This document shows, one piece after another, positions 35,701 to 47,700 of a stretch of DNA of 64,000 nucleotides. A model generated the notes under the pieces. That model had not been told where the DNA came from. It ran no database searches and saw only the letters and a list, made by a program, of their open reading frames with translations. How positions within the stretch are numbered: position 1 is the first letter of the stretch; every line of letters begins with the position of its first letter. Position numbers and translations under genes: made by a program. The DNA comes from Malacoraja senta. Lineage: Eukaryota. The stretch spans positions 9,734,001-9,798,000 of the forward strand of contig CM075995.1 of NCBI GenBank assembly GCA_038087875.1, written 5' to 3'.

Positions 35701-38700
35701 GGGGACGGGGGGAGAGGGGACGGGGGGGGAGAGGAGACAGGGGGGGGGAGAGGAGACAGGGGGGGGAGAGGGGACAGGGGGGGGGTGAGGGGACAGGGGG
35801 GGGTGAGGGGACAGGGGGGGGTGAGGGGACAGGGGGGGGTGAGGGGGACAGGGGGGGGTGAGGGGACGGGGGGGTGAGGGACAGGGGGGAGAGGGGAAGA
35901 GGGGACGGGGGGGAGAGGAGACAGGGGGGGAGAGGAGACAGGGGGGGGAGAGGAGACAGGGGGGGGGAGACAGGGGGGGGAGAGGGGACAGGGGGGGAGA
36001 GGGGACAGGGGGGGGAGAGGGGACAGGGTGCGGGGAGAGGGGACAGGGGGGGGACAGGGGACAGGGGGGGGGAGAGGGGACAGGGGGCGAGAGGGGACAG
36101 GGGGGGGAGAGGGACGGGGGGGGAGAGGGGACAGGGGGGGGGAGAGGGGACAGGGGGGGGAGTGGGGGACAGGGGGGGAGAGGGGACGGGGGGGGAGGGG
36201 ACAGGGGGGGAGAGGGGACAGGGGGGGAGAGGGGAAGAGGGGACAGGGGGAGGAGAGGAGACAGGGGGGGAGAGGACAGGGGGCGGGAGAGGGGACAGGG
36301 GGGGAGAGGGGACAGGGGGGGGGAGAGGGACAGGGGGGGGGAGAGGGGACAGGGGGGGAGAGGGGACAGGGGGGGGGGAGAGGGGACAGGGGGGGAGAGG
36401 GGACAGGGGGGAGAGGGGACAGGGGGGGGAGAGGGGACAGGGGGGGGAGAGGGGACAGGGGGGGGGAGAGGGGACAGGGGGGGGGAGAGGGGACAGGGGG
36501 GGAGAGGGGACAGGGGGGGGAGAGGGACAGGGGGAGAGGGGACGGGGGGGAGAGGGGCCAGGGGGGGGGAGAGGGGACAGGGGGGGGAGAGGGGACGAGG
36601 GACAGGGGGGGAGAGGGGACAGGGGGGGAGAGGGGACAGGGGGGGAGAGGGACAGGGGGGGGAGAGGGGACAGGGGGGGAGAGGGACAGGGGGGGGGAGA
36701 GGGGACAGGGGGGAGAGGGGAAGAGGGGACGGGGGGGAGAGGGAAGAGGGGACGGGGGGGAGAGGGGACGGGGGGGAGAGGGGACGGGGGGGGAGAGGGG
36801 ACGGGGGGGGAGAGGGGACGGGGGGGGAGAGGGGACGGGGGGGGAGAGGGACAGGGGGGGAGAGGGGACAGGGGGGGGAGAGGGGACAGGGGGGGTGAGG
36901 GGGGACGGGGGGGGGGGAGAGGGGACGGGGGGGGGAGAGGGGACGGGGGGGGGGAGAGGGGACGGGGGGGGGGAGAGTGGACGGGGGGGAGGAGAGGGGA
37001 CGGGGGGGGGAGAGGGGACAGGGGGGGTGAGGGGACAGGGGGGGGAGAGGGAGACAGGGGGGGAGAGGGGACAGGGGGGGAGAGGGGACAGGGTGGGGGA
37101 GAGGGGACAGGGGGGGGGAGAGGGGACAGGGGGGAGAGGGACAGGGGGGGGAGAGGGGACAGGGGGGGGAGAGGGGACAGGGGGGAGAGGGGACGGGGGG
37201 TGAGAGGGGACAGGGGGGAGAGGGGACAGGGGGGGAGAGGGGAAGAGGGGACAGGGGGAGGAGAGGAGACAGGGGGGGGGAGAGGGGACAGGGGGCGGGA
37301 GAGGGGACAGGGGGGGGAGAGGGGACAGGGGGGGAGAGGGGACAGGGGGGGGAGAGGGGACAGGGGGGGGAGAGGGGACAGGGGGGGGAGAGGGACAGGG
37401 GGGGAGAGGGGACAGGGGGGGAGAGGGGACAGGGGGGGGAGAGGGGACAGGGGGGGAGAGGGACAGGGGGGGAGAGGGACAGGGGGGGGGAGAGGGACAG
37501 GGGGGGGAGAGGGGACAGGGGGGAGGAGAGGGGACAGGGCGGGAGAGGGGACAGGGGGGGGAGAGGGGACAGGGGGGGAGAGGGGGACAGGGGGGGAGGA
37601 GGGGACAGGGGGGGGAGAGGGGACAGGGGGGGAGAGGGGACAGGGGGGGAGAGGGGACAGGGGGGGAGAGGGGACAGGGGGGGGAGAGGGGACAGGGGGG
37701 GGAGAGGGGACAGGGGGGAAGAGGGGACAGGGGGGAGAGGGACAGGGGGGGAGAGGGGAAGAGGGGACGGGGGGAGGGGAGAGGGGACGGGGGGAGAGGG
37801 GACGGGGGGGGAGAGGGGACGGGGGGGAGAGGGGACGGGGGGGGAGAGAGGGGACGGGGGGGGAGAGGGGACGGGGGGAGGGGACGGGGGGGAGAGGGAC
37901 AGGGGGGGAGAGGGGACAGGGGGGGGAGAGGGGGACAGGGGGGGTGAGGGGGTCGGGGGGGGGAGAGGGGACGGGGGGGGGAGAGGGGACGGGGGGGGGG
38001 AGAGTGGACGGGGGGGGGGAGAGGGGACGGGGGGGGGGGAGAGGGGACAGGGGGGGTGAGGGGACAGGGGGGGGGAGAGGGGACAGGGGGGGGAGAGGGG
38101 ACAGGGGGGGAGAGGGGACAGGGTGGGGAGAGGGGACAGGGGGGGGAGAGGGGACAGGGGGGGGAGAGGGACAGGGGGGGAGAGGGGACAGGGGGGGGAG
38201 AGGGGACAGGGGGGGAGAGGGGACGGGGGGGTGAGAGGGACAGGGGGGGAGAGGGGACAGGGGGGGAGAGGGGATGAGGGGACAGGGGGAGGAGAGGAGA
38301 CAGGGGGGGGAGAGGGGACAGGGGGCGGGGAGAGGGGACAGGGGGGGGAGAGGGGACAGGGGGGGGAGAGGGGACAGGGGGGGGAGAGGGGACAGGGGGG
38401 GGAGAGGGGACAGGGGGGGGGAGAGGGGACAGGGGGGGGAGAGGGGACAGGGGGGGAGAGGGGACAGGGGGGGGGGAGAGGGGACAGGGGGGGGAGAGGG
38501 GACAGGGGGGGGAGAGGGGACAGGGGGGGGAGAGGGGACAGGGGGGGAGAGGGGACAGGGGGGGGAGAGGGGACAGGGGGGGGAGGGAGAGGGGACAGGG
38601 GCGGGAGAGGGGACAGGGGGGGAGAGGGGACAGGGGGGGGAGAGGGGACAGGGGGGGGAGAGGGGACAGGGGGGGGGAGAGGGGACAGGGGGGGAGAGGG

Positions 38701-41700
38701 GACAGGGGGGGGGAGAGGGGACAGGGGGGGGGAGAGGGGACAGGGGGGGGGAGAGGGGACAGGGGGGGAGAGGGGACAGGGGGGAGAGGGGACAGGGGGG
38801 GGAGAGGGGACAGGGTGGGGAGAGGGGACAGGGGGGGGGAGAGGGGACAGGGGGGGGAGAGGGGACAGGGGGGTGAGAGGGGACAGGGGGGGAGAGGGGA
38901 CAGGGGGGGAGAGGGGACAGGGGGGGGAGAGGGGACAGGGGGGGGAGAGGAGACAGGGGGGGGAGAGGAGACAGGGGGGGGAGAGGGGACAAGGGGGGGA
39001 GAGGGGACAAGGGGGGTGAGGGGACGGGGGGGGTGAGGGGACAGGGGGGGGTGAGGGGACAGGGGGGGGGAGGGAGACAGGGGGGGAGAGGAGACAGGGG
39101 GGGAGAGGAGACAGGGGGGGGAGAGGAGACAGGGGGGGAGAGGGGACAAGGGGGGGAGAGGGGACAAGGGGGGGAGAGGGGACAAGGGGGGTGAGGGACA
39201 AGGGGGGTGAGGGGACAAGGGGTGGTGAGGGGACAAGGGGGGTGAGGGGACAGGGGGGGTGAGGGGACAGGGGGGGTGAGGGGACAGGGGGGGAGAGGGG
39301 ACAAGGGGGGTGAGGGGACAGGGGGGGTGAGGGGACAGGGGGGGTGAGGGGACAGGGGGGGGGAGAGGGGGACAAGGGGGGTGTGAGGGGACAGGGGGGG
39401 TGAGGGGTCAAGGGGGTGAGGGGATGGGGGGTGTGAGGGGACGGGGGGGAGAGGAGACAGGGGGGGGAGAGGGGACAGGGGGGGGAGAGGGGACAAGGGG
39501 GGGGGAGAGGGGACAAGGGGGGGGAGAGGGGACAAGGGGGGTGAGGGGACAGGGGGGGAGAGGGGACAGGGGGGGGAGAGGGACAAGGGGGGTGAGGGGA
39601 CAGGGGGGGGACAGGGGACAGGGGGGGTGAGGGGACAGGGGGGGGAGAGGGGACAAGGGGGGTGAGGGGACGGGGGGGGGGTGAGGGAAGGGGGGGGAGA
39701 GGAGACAGGGGGGAGAGGGGACAGGGGGGGAGAGGGGACAAGGGGGGAGAGGGGACAGGGGGGGAGAGGAGACGGGGGGGAGAGGGGACAGGGGGGGAGA
39801 GGGGACAGGGGGGGGAGAGGGGACAAGGGGGGGAGAGGGGACAAGGGGGGTGAGGGGACAGGGGGGGTGAGGGGACAGGGGGGGTGAGGGGACAGGGGGT
39901 GGAGAGGGACAAGGGGGGTGAGGGGACAGGGGGGGTGAGGGGACAGGGGGGGTGAGGGGACAGGGGGGGGAGAGGAGACAGGGGGGGGAGAGGAGACAGG
40001 GGGGGGAGAGAGGACAAGGGGGGGGAGAGGGGACAAGGGGGGTGAGGGGACGGGGGGGGGTGAGGGGACAGGGGGGGTGGGGGACAGGGGGGAGGGACAG
40101 GGGGGGGGGAGGAGACAGGGGGGAGAGGAGACAGGGGGGGAGAGGAGACAGGGGGGGAGAGGGACAGGGGGGGGAGAGGGGACAAGGGGGGGAGAGGGGA
40201 CAAGGGGGGGAGAGGGGACAAGGGGGGTGAGGGGACAGGGGGGTGAGGGGACAAGGGGGGTGAGGGGACAGGGGGGGTGAGGGGACAGGGGGGGTGAGGG
40301 GACAGGGGGGGAGAGGGGACAAGGGGGGTGAGGGGACAGGGGGGTGAGGGACAGGGGGGGGAGAGGGACAAGGGGGGTGAGGGGACAGGGGGGGTGAGGG
40401 GACAGGGGGGTGAGGGGTCAAGGGGGGTGAGGGATGGGGGGTGTGAGGGGACGGGGGGGGAGAGGAGACAGGGGGGGAGAGGGGACAGGGGGGGGAGAGG
40501 GGACAAGGGGGGGAGAGGGGACAGGGGGGGGGAGAGGGGACAAGGGGGGTGAGGGGACAGGGGGGGGAGAGGGGACAAGGGGGGGGAGAGGGGACAGGGG
40601 GGTGAGGGGACAGGGGGGGACAGGGGACAGGGGGGTGAGGGGACAGGGGGGGAGAGGGGACAAGGGGGGTGAGGGGACGGGGGGGGTGAGGGGACGGGGG
40701 GGAGAGGAGACAGGGGGGGAGAGGGACAGGGGGGGAGAGGGGACAAGGGGGGGAGAGGGGACAGGGGGGGGAGAGGAGACAGGGGGGGGGAGAGGGGACA
40801 GGGGGGGGGAGAGGGGACAGGGGGGGGAGAGGGGACAAGGGGGGGAGAGGGGACAAGGGGGGTGAGGGGACAGGGGGGTGAGGGGACAGGGGGGTGAGGG
40901 GACAGGGGGTGGAGAGGGGACAAGGGGGGTGAGGGGACAGGGGGGGTGAGGGGACAGGGGGGGTGAGGGACAGGGGGGGAGAGGAGACAGGGGGGGTGAG
41001 GGGACAAGGGGGGGGAGAGGGGACAAGGGGGGTGAGGGGACAAGGGGGGTGAGGGGACGGGGGGTGAGGGGACAGGGGGGGGAGAGGAGACAGGGGGGAG
41101 AGGGGACAAGGGGGGTGAGGGGACAGGGGGGGGAGAGGGGACAAGGGGGGTGAGGGGACGGGGGGGGTGAGGGGACGGGGGGGGGTGAGGGGACAGGGGG
41201 GGGAGAGGGGACAGGGGGGGAGAGGGGACAAGGGGGGTGAGGGGACAGGGGGGGGTGAGGGGACAGGGGGGGAGAGGGGACAGGGGGGTGAGGGACGGGG
41301 GGTGAGGGGACGGGGGGTGACGGGACATGGGGGGTGAGGGGGTGCGGGGGTGATTGGGTGGGGGGGTGATTGGGTGGGGGGTGATTGGGTGGGGGGGTGC
41401 GGGTAGACTCACCAGCAGCAGGGTCCATGACCGTATGAGGTGCATGTCACGGTTGAGGCAGAGCCAGGGCAGGAGGCTCTGTAGGTCAGTGTGCTGCTGA
41501 TGCCACTGATTGATGATGGACTGGGTGGCTGCTCTCCAATCTGTAACACACAGCGGTCACAGGCGTGACGTGCAATGCTGCTCTCCAATCTGTAACACAC
41601 AGCGGTCACAGGCGTGACGTGCAATATATCAGCGTGCCCGGGTGTGTGGGTGTGAGTGTGAGTGCGTGGGTGCAATACAGCCCAGGTGTGCGAGTGTGAG

Positions 41701-44700
41701 TGTCTGTGTACGAGTGTGTGGGTGTAATACTGCCAGGGTGTGAGTGTGTATGAGTGTGTGGGTGCATTATTGCCCAGGTGTGAGCATGTGTGAGTGTGCA
41801 AGTGAATGTGTGTGTCTCTGCAAGTGTGTGGGTGCAATAAGGCCCGGGTGCGTGTGCGTGTGGGTGTGACTGCATATGTGCGAGTGTGTGGGTGCAACAC
41901 TGCCCGGGTATGAGTGTGAGTGTGCGTGCGCGAGTGTACATGTGAGCGATTGTGTGTTCGGGTTATTGAGAGTGTGCCTGTGTGTGTGAGTGAGTGTGTG
42001 CGTGGGTTTGTGGGTGCAATACTTCCCGGGTGTGAATGTGAGTGCCCTTGCACGAGTGTGCATGTGAGTGTTCAGGTGAGTGAGAATGTGTGAGAATGTG
42101 CGAGTGTGTGCTAGTGTGCATGTGTGAATGAGTGTGCATGTGTGTGCGAGTGTGTGCATGTGTGAATGAGTGTGCATGTGTGTGCGAGTGTGTGCATGTG
42201 TGAATGAGTGTGCATGTGCGAGTGCATGTGAAGTGTGCGCGGGTGAATGAGACCGAGTGTGCATGTGTGAGTGTGCGGGTGAGTGAGAGTGTGTGTGAGT
42301 GTGCGAGTGAGTGTGAGGCTGACCTGTGGGCTGCGTCGAGAGCCTCCTTGTTGGTGGGTGGGACGATGAAGCAGACGGACGGGACCAGGGCCTCGCTGCC
42401 CGAACCACTCACCACCTTCCAGCGGCTCGGCTGGCTGTTGTTCACTAGCACATACTCATCCCCCTTGTTCACCGTGATCTGGGGCAGAGAGCGGCAGCTG
42501 TAAACATCACTGCTCTGTCCCCCACCTCCCCTCACCCTCACCCCTCTTCAACCCTCCCCCACCCTCCCTCTCCCCTGAACACTTCAACACCCCCCATCAC
42601 TGTACCCCCCTCACCTTCCTCCCGTTACACTTTCCCCTTCTGTTCTCCCCTCCCCCACGGCCCCCTCACCTCCATCTGCTTGTAGTCACACACGGCGTGG
42701 AGGGGCATCTTGCCGCGCACGTGCTGGGCTGGGCTGCGGGGCTTCAGCTGGACGATGGTGGTGGCTCGCTTGCTCAGCCCACTCAGGTGGGCCTTGTAGT
42801 CAGACAGCTGCTCCTTCTCCCCCTGAGGGAAGATACACTGCATCACCACCAGGCCACGGGGGGTAGGGTGAGGGAGAGGAGGTGGAAGAGAGGGGAGGGG
42901 AGAGGAGGGCAGAGGAGGTGGAGGAGGGGGGGAGAGAGAGAGAAGGGATGGGGGGTGGGGGAGAGGGTGTGGGGGGTGGGTGATGGGGGTGGGGGAGAGC
43001 AGGTGGGGAGAGGGGCACGATAGTGGGGAGGGTGAAGCATGAGGGAGATGGAGGCGAGCAGTTCGTGCGAGGCATGTGTAGACTGGGGAGAGCGCGAGGT
43101 CATGGGGAGAGTGCGGGGTGTGGGGAGAGGGCGGGGTGTGGGAGAGGGCGGGGTGTGGGGAGAGTGCGGGGTGTGGGGAGAGGGCGGGGTGTGGGGAGAG
43201 TGCGGGGTGTGGGGAGAGTGCGGGGTGAGTGTGGGGAGAGTGCGGGGTGAGTGTGGGGAGAGGGCGGGGTGTGGGGGGAGAGGGCGGGGTGTGGGGGGAG
43301 GGCGGGGTGAGTGTGGGGAGAGTGCGGGGTGAGTGTGGGGAGAGTGCGGGGTGAGTGTGGGGAGAGTGCGGGGTGTGTGTGGGGAGAGTGCGGGGTGTGG
43401 GGGGAGAGTGCGGGGTGTGGGGGGAGAGTGCGGGGTGTGGGGGGAGAGTGCGGGGTGTGGGGAGAGTGCGGGGTGTGGGGGGGGCGGGGTGAGTGTGGGG
43501 AGAGTGCGGGGTGAGTGTGGGGAGAGTGCGGGGTGTGGGGAGAGTGGTGTGGGGAGAGTGCGGGGTGTGGGGGGAGGGCGGGGTGTGGGGAGGTGCGGGG
43601 TGTGGGGGGAGAGTGCGGGGTGAGTGTGGGGAGAGTGCGGGGTGAGTGTGGGGTGAGTGTGGGGAGAGTGTGGGGAGAGTGCGGGGTGAGTGTGGGGAGA
43701 GTGCGGGGTGTGGGGGGAGAGTGCGGGGTGTGGGGAGAGTGCAGGGTGTGGGGGGAGGGCGGGGTGAGTGTGGGGAGAGTGCGGGGTGTGGGGAGAGTGC
43801 GGGGTGTGGGGAGAGGGCGGGGTGTGGGGAGAGGGCGGGGTGTGGGGAGAGTGCGGGGTGTGGGGAGAGGGCGGGGTGTGGGGAGAGTGCGGGGTGTGGG
43901 GAGAGTGCGGGGTGTGGGGAGAGGGCGGGGTGTGGGGAGAGTGCGGGGTGTGGGGAGAGTGCGGGGTGTGGGGAGAGTGCAGGGTGTGGGGAGAGTGCGG
44001 GGTGTGGGGAGAGTGCGGGGTGTGGGGAGAGTGCGGGGTGTGGGGAGAGTGCAGGGTGTGGGGAGAGTGCAGGGGGCAGTAACAGCCACTTACAATGGAG
44101 TCCTGCAGCAGATCTTCCAGCCTGGTCACGGTCATCGATCGGTCACACGTGTATTTCCTCCTCATGGACTCTTGCAACTTCTTGAGGAAATTCTCTGCAT
44201 CCTTCACATCTGCAAAGTACTGGAGGCAGAGCAGAGGGAGTTAAATGGGAACCATTTACCTTTTACCATTTACCCTGTTACCCTCTCCCTGGCCAGATTC
44301 ATCACCTTTCCTCCTTATTCTTCCCGAGCCTGTCAGTCATCCTGCCATCCTTCCCACATATCTGTGTATGTCCCCTGATCCCTCTTCCTTCTGACCACAA
44401 CAGCCTTGTCCCATCACCGATCTTCATCTCCACATTCGCTGGGTTGTAATGGTGCTATCAAATTTTAGTCAGGCGTGCAGAGCACAATACTCCAACAGAG
44501 GCCTCAACACACTCCTGTAAAGCTGCATCATGACTTCATGATTCTTATACTCTGTGCCACTACCCATGAAAGCAAGCATACCATCTGCCTTCTCCATCAC
44601 ACTATCGACTGTGTTGCTACTTTCACGGAGCTATGGATTTGGACCCCAAGATCCTTCTGTACATCAATTCTGTTAAGGGTTTTCCCATTAACTATACTTT

Positions 44701-47700
44701 TCCCTTACATTTGACCTAAAACACAACACCTTACACCTGCTCAAATTAAACCACATCTGCCATTTCTCCGCCATCTCTGTAACTGATCGACATCCTACTG
44801 ACTTCGACACCCTGCCTCACAGTCTCCAAACTTACTAACCAACCCGTCCAAGTCACTTATACTCCATAATGTTTGGGACAAAGACCCATCATTTGTTTAT
44901 TTGTCTCTGTACTCCACAATTTGAGATTTGTAATAGAAAAAAATCACATGTGATTAAAGTGCACATTGTCAGATTTTATCAAAGGCCATTTTTATACTAC
45001 CGTCGCCTCCGCCTCACAGCGTACTTCCATGGGAAGGAGACCACGCCCCCTATTGATGATCCCTTTTCCCGTCTCCAACGCACCTCTTCCTCATGGCCCT
45101 CCGGCTTTAGAACTTTTTATCCAAAACTGCCGTCGCGACATCAACCGCCTCAACTTCTCCACTCCCCTGTCTCACTCCAATCTCTCCCCCCCTGAACGTA
45201 CAGCCCTCCACTCACTCTGCAACAACCCAGACTGGGTTATCAAACCAGCCGACAAGGGAGGTGCCGTGGTAGTCTGGCGCGCCGATCTCTACAAAGCTGA
45301 GGCCACGCGCCAACTCTTGGACACCTCCTCCTACTTACCCCTGGACCATGACCCCACTGACGAGCACCAGGCCACCATCTCCAGCACCATCACCGACTTC
45401 ATCAACTCCCACGCCCTGCCCGACCGAGCCTCCAACCTCATCGTTCCCCAGACCCGCACAGCCCGATTTTACCTTCTCCCCAAAATCCACAAACCTGACT
45501 GTCCCGGCAGACCCATTGTCTCTGCCTGTTCGTGCCCCACCGAACTCATTTCCACCTACCTTGACTCCATCCTATCCCCCCTGGTTAAATCCGTCCCTAC
45601 CTAAGTTCAAGACACCTCAGACACTCTGTCGTCTCCGCGCATTCCATTCTCTAGGCCCTCCCCGACCTCTACCTCCGCTACATCAACGACTGCTTTGGTG
45701 CCACCTCCTGCACCCACACACAACTGACTGACTTCATCCGCTTCACCACCAACTTCCATCCGGCACTCAAATACACCTGGACCATTTCCGACATTTCCCT
45801 ACCATTCCTTGACCTCACTATCTCCATCGCAGGTGATAGACTTCTGACCGACATTAACTATAAACCTACTGACTCCCATGGCTATCTGGACCACAGTTCT
45901 TCCCACCCTGCTTCCTGTAAGGACTCCATCCCCTACTCCCAATTCCTCCGTCTACGCCGCATCTGCTCCCAGGATGAGGCGCTCCACACCAGGGCATCTG
46001 AAATGTCCTCATTCTTCAGGGAATGGGGGTTCCCCTCCTCCACCATAGACGAGGCTCGCACCAGGGTCTCTTCCATACCCCTCAACACTGCTCTCTCTCC
46101 CCATCCCTCCACTCGCAACAAGGGCAGAGTCCCCCTAGTCCTCACCTTTCACCTCACCAGCCGTCACATACAACAAGTGATCCTCCGTCAGTTTCGCCAC
46201 CTCCAACGTGACCCCACCACTCGCCACATCTTCCCATCTCCCCCTATGTCTGCCTTGCGCAAAGACCGCTCCCTCCGTAACTCCCTTGTCAATTCTTCCC
46301 TTCCCTCCCATACTACCCCCTCCCCTGGCACCTTCCCTTGCAACCGCAAGAGATGCTACACTTATCCCTTCACCTCCCCCCTCGACTCCATTCAAGGACC
46401 CAAGCAGTCGTTCCAGGTGCGACAGAGGTTCACCTGCATGTCCTCCAACCTCATCTATTGCATCTGCTGCTCTAGATGTCAGCTGATCTACATCGGTGAG
46501 ACCAAGCGAAGGCTTGGCGATTGTTTCGCCGAACACCTCCGCTCGGTCGGCAAAAACCAACCTGACCTCCCGGTGGCTCAGCACTTCAACTCCCCCTCCC
46601 AGTCCGTATCCGACCTCTCTGTCCTGGGTCTCCTCCATGGCCAGAGCGAGCAACACCGGAAATTGGAGGAACAGCACCTCATATTCCGCTTGGGGAGTCT
46701 GCATCCTGGGGGCATGACCATTGAATTCTCCCTATTTTGTTACCCCTGCTGTCTCCTCCCCTTCCTATCTCTCCCTCAGCCCTCGGGCTCCTCCTCCTTT
46801 TTCCATTTTTCTCCCCGCCCCCCCTTCCCCCCCACCCCCTATCAGTCTGAAGAAGGGTTTCGGCCCGAAACGTTGCCTATTTCCTTCGCTCCATAGATGC
46901 TGCTGCACCCGCTGAGTTTCTCCAGCATTTGTGTACCTTCGATTTTCCAGCATCTGCAGTTCCTTCTTAGACACCATTTTTATACATATTGGTTTCACCA
47001 TGTAGAAATTACAGCTGTGTTTATACATAGTCCCCCCATTTCAGGGCACCATAATGTTTGGGACACATGGCTTCACAGGTGTTTGTAATTGCTCAGGTGT
47101 GTTTAAATGCCTCCTTAATGCAGGTATAAGAGAGCTCTCAGCAGCTAGTCTTTCCTCCAGTCTTTCCATCACCTTTGGAAACTTTTATTGTTGTTTATCA
47201 ACCTGAGGACCAAAGTTGTGTCAATGAAAGTCAAAGAAGCCATTATGAGACTGAGAAACAAGAATAAAACTGTTAGAGACATCAGCCAAAGCTTAGGCTT
47301 ACCAAAATAAACTGTTTGGAACATCATTAAGAAGAAAGAGAACACTGATGAGCTTATTAATCGCAAAGGGACTGGCAGGCTAAGGAAGACATCCACAGCT
47401 GATGAGAGAAGAATTCTCTCTATAATAAAGAAAAAAATTCCCAAACACCTGTCCGACAGATCAGAATCACTCTTCAGGAGTTAAGTGTGGATTTGTCAAT
47501 GTCTGCAGAAGACTTCATGAACAGAAATACAGAGGCTACACTGCAAGATGCAAACCAGTGGTTAGCTGTAAAAATAGGATGGCCGGGTTACAGTTTGCCA
47601 AGAAGTACTTAAAAGAGCAACCACAGTTCTAGAAAAAGGTCTTGTGGATAGATGAGACTAAGATTAACTTATATCAGAGTGATGGCAAGAGCAAAGTATG

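Noticed and set aside
34403-41445. Giant Pro-rich (2089, 1877, 1340 aa) and Gly/Arg-rich ORFs resembling extensin, formin or collagen
   Set aside because: They are open in several frames at once because the G/C minisatellite cannot encode stops. They lie in an intron bounded by proper plectin splice sites.
42843-44378. His/Pro-rich extension of ORF 42843..44207 and overlapping Gly-rich ORFs
   Set aside because: Only 44094-44219 is exon; the rest is read-through into an intronic G-rich minisatellite.
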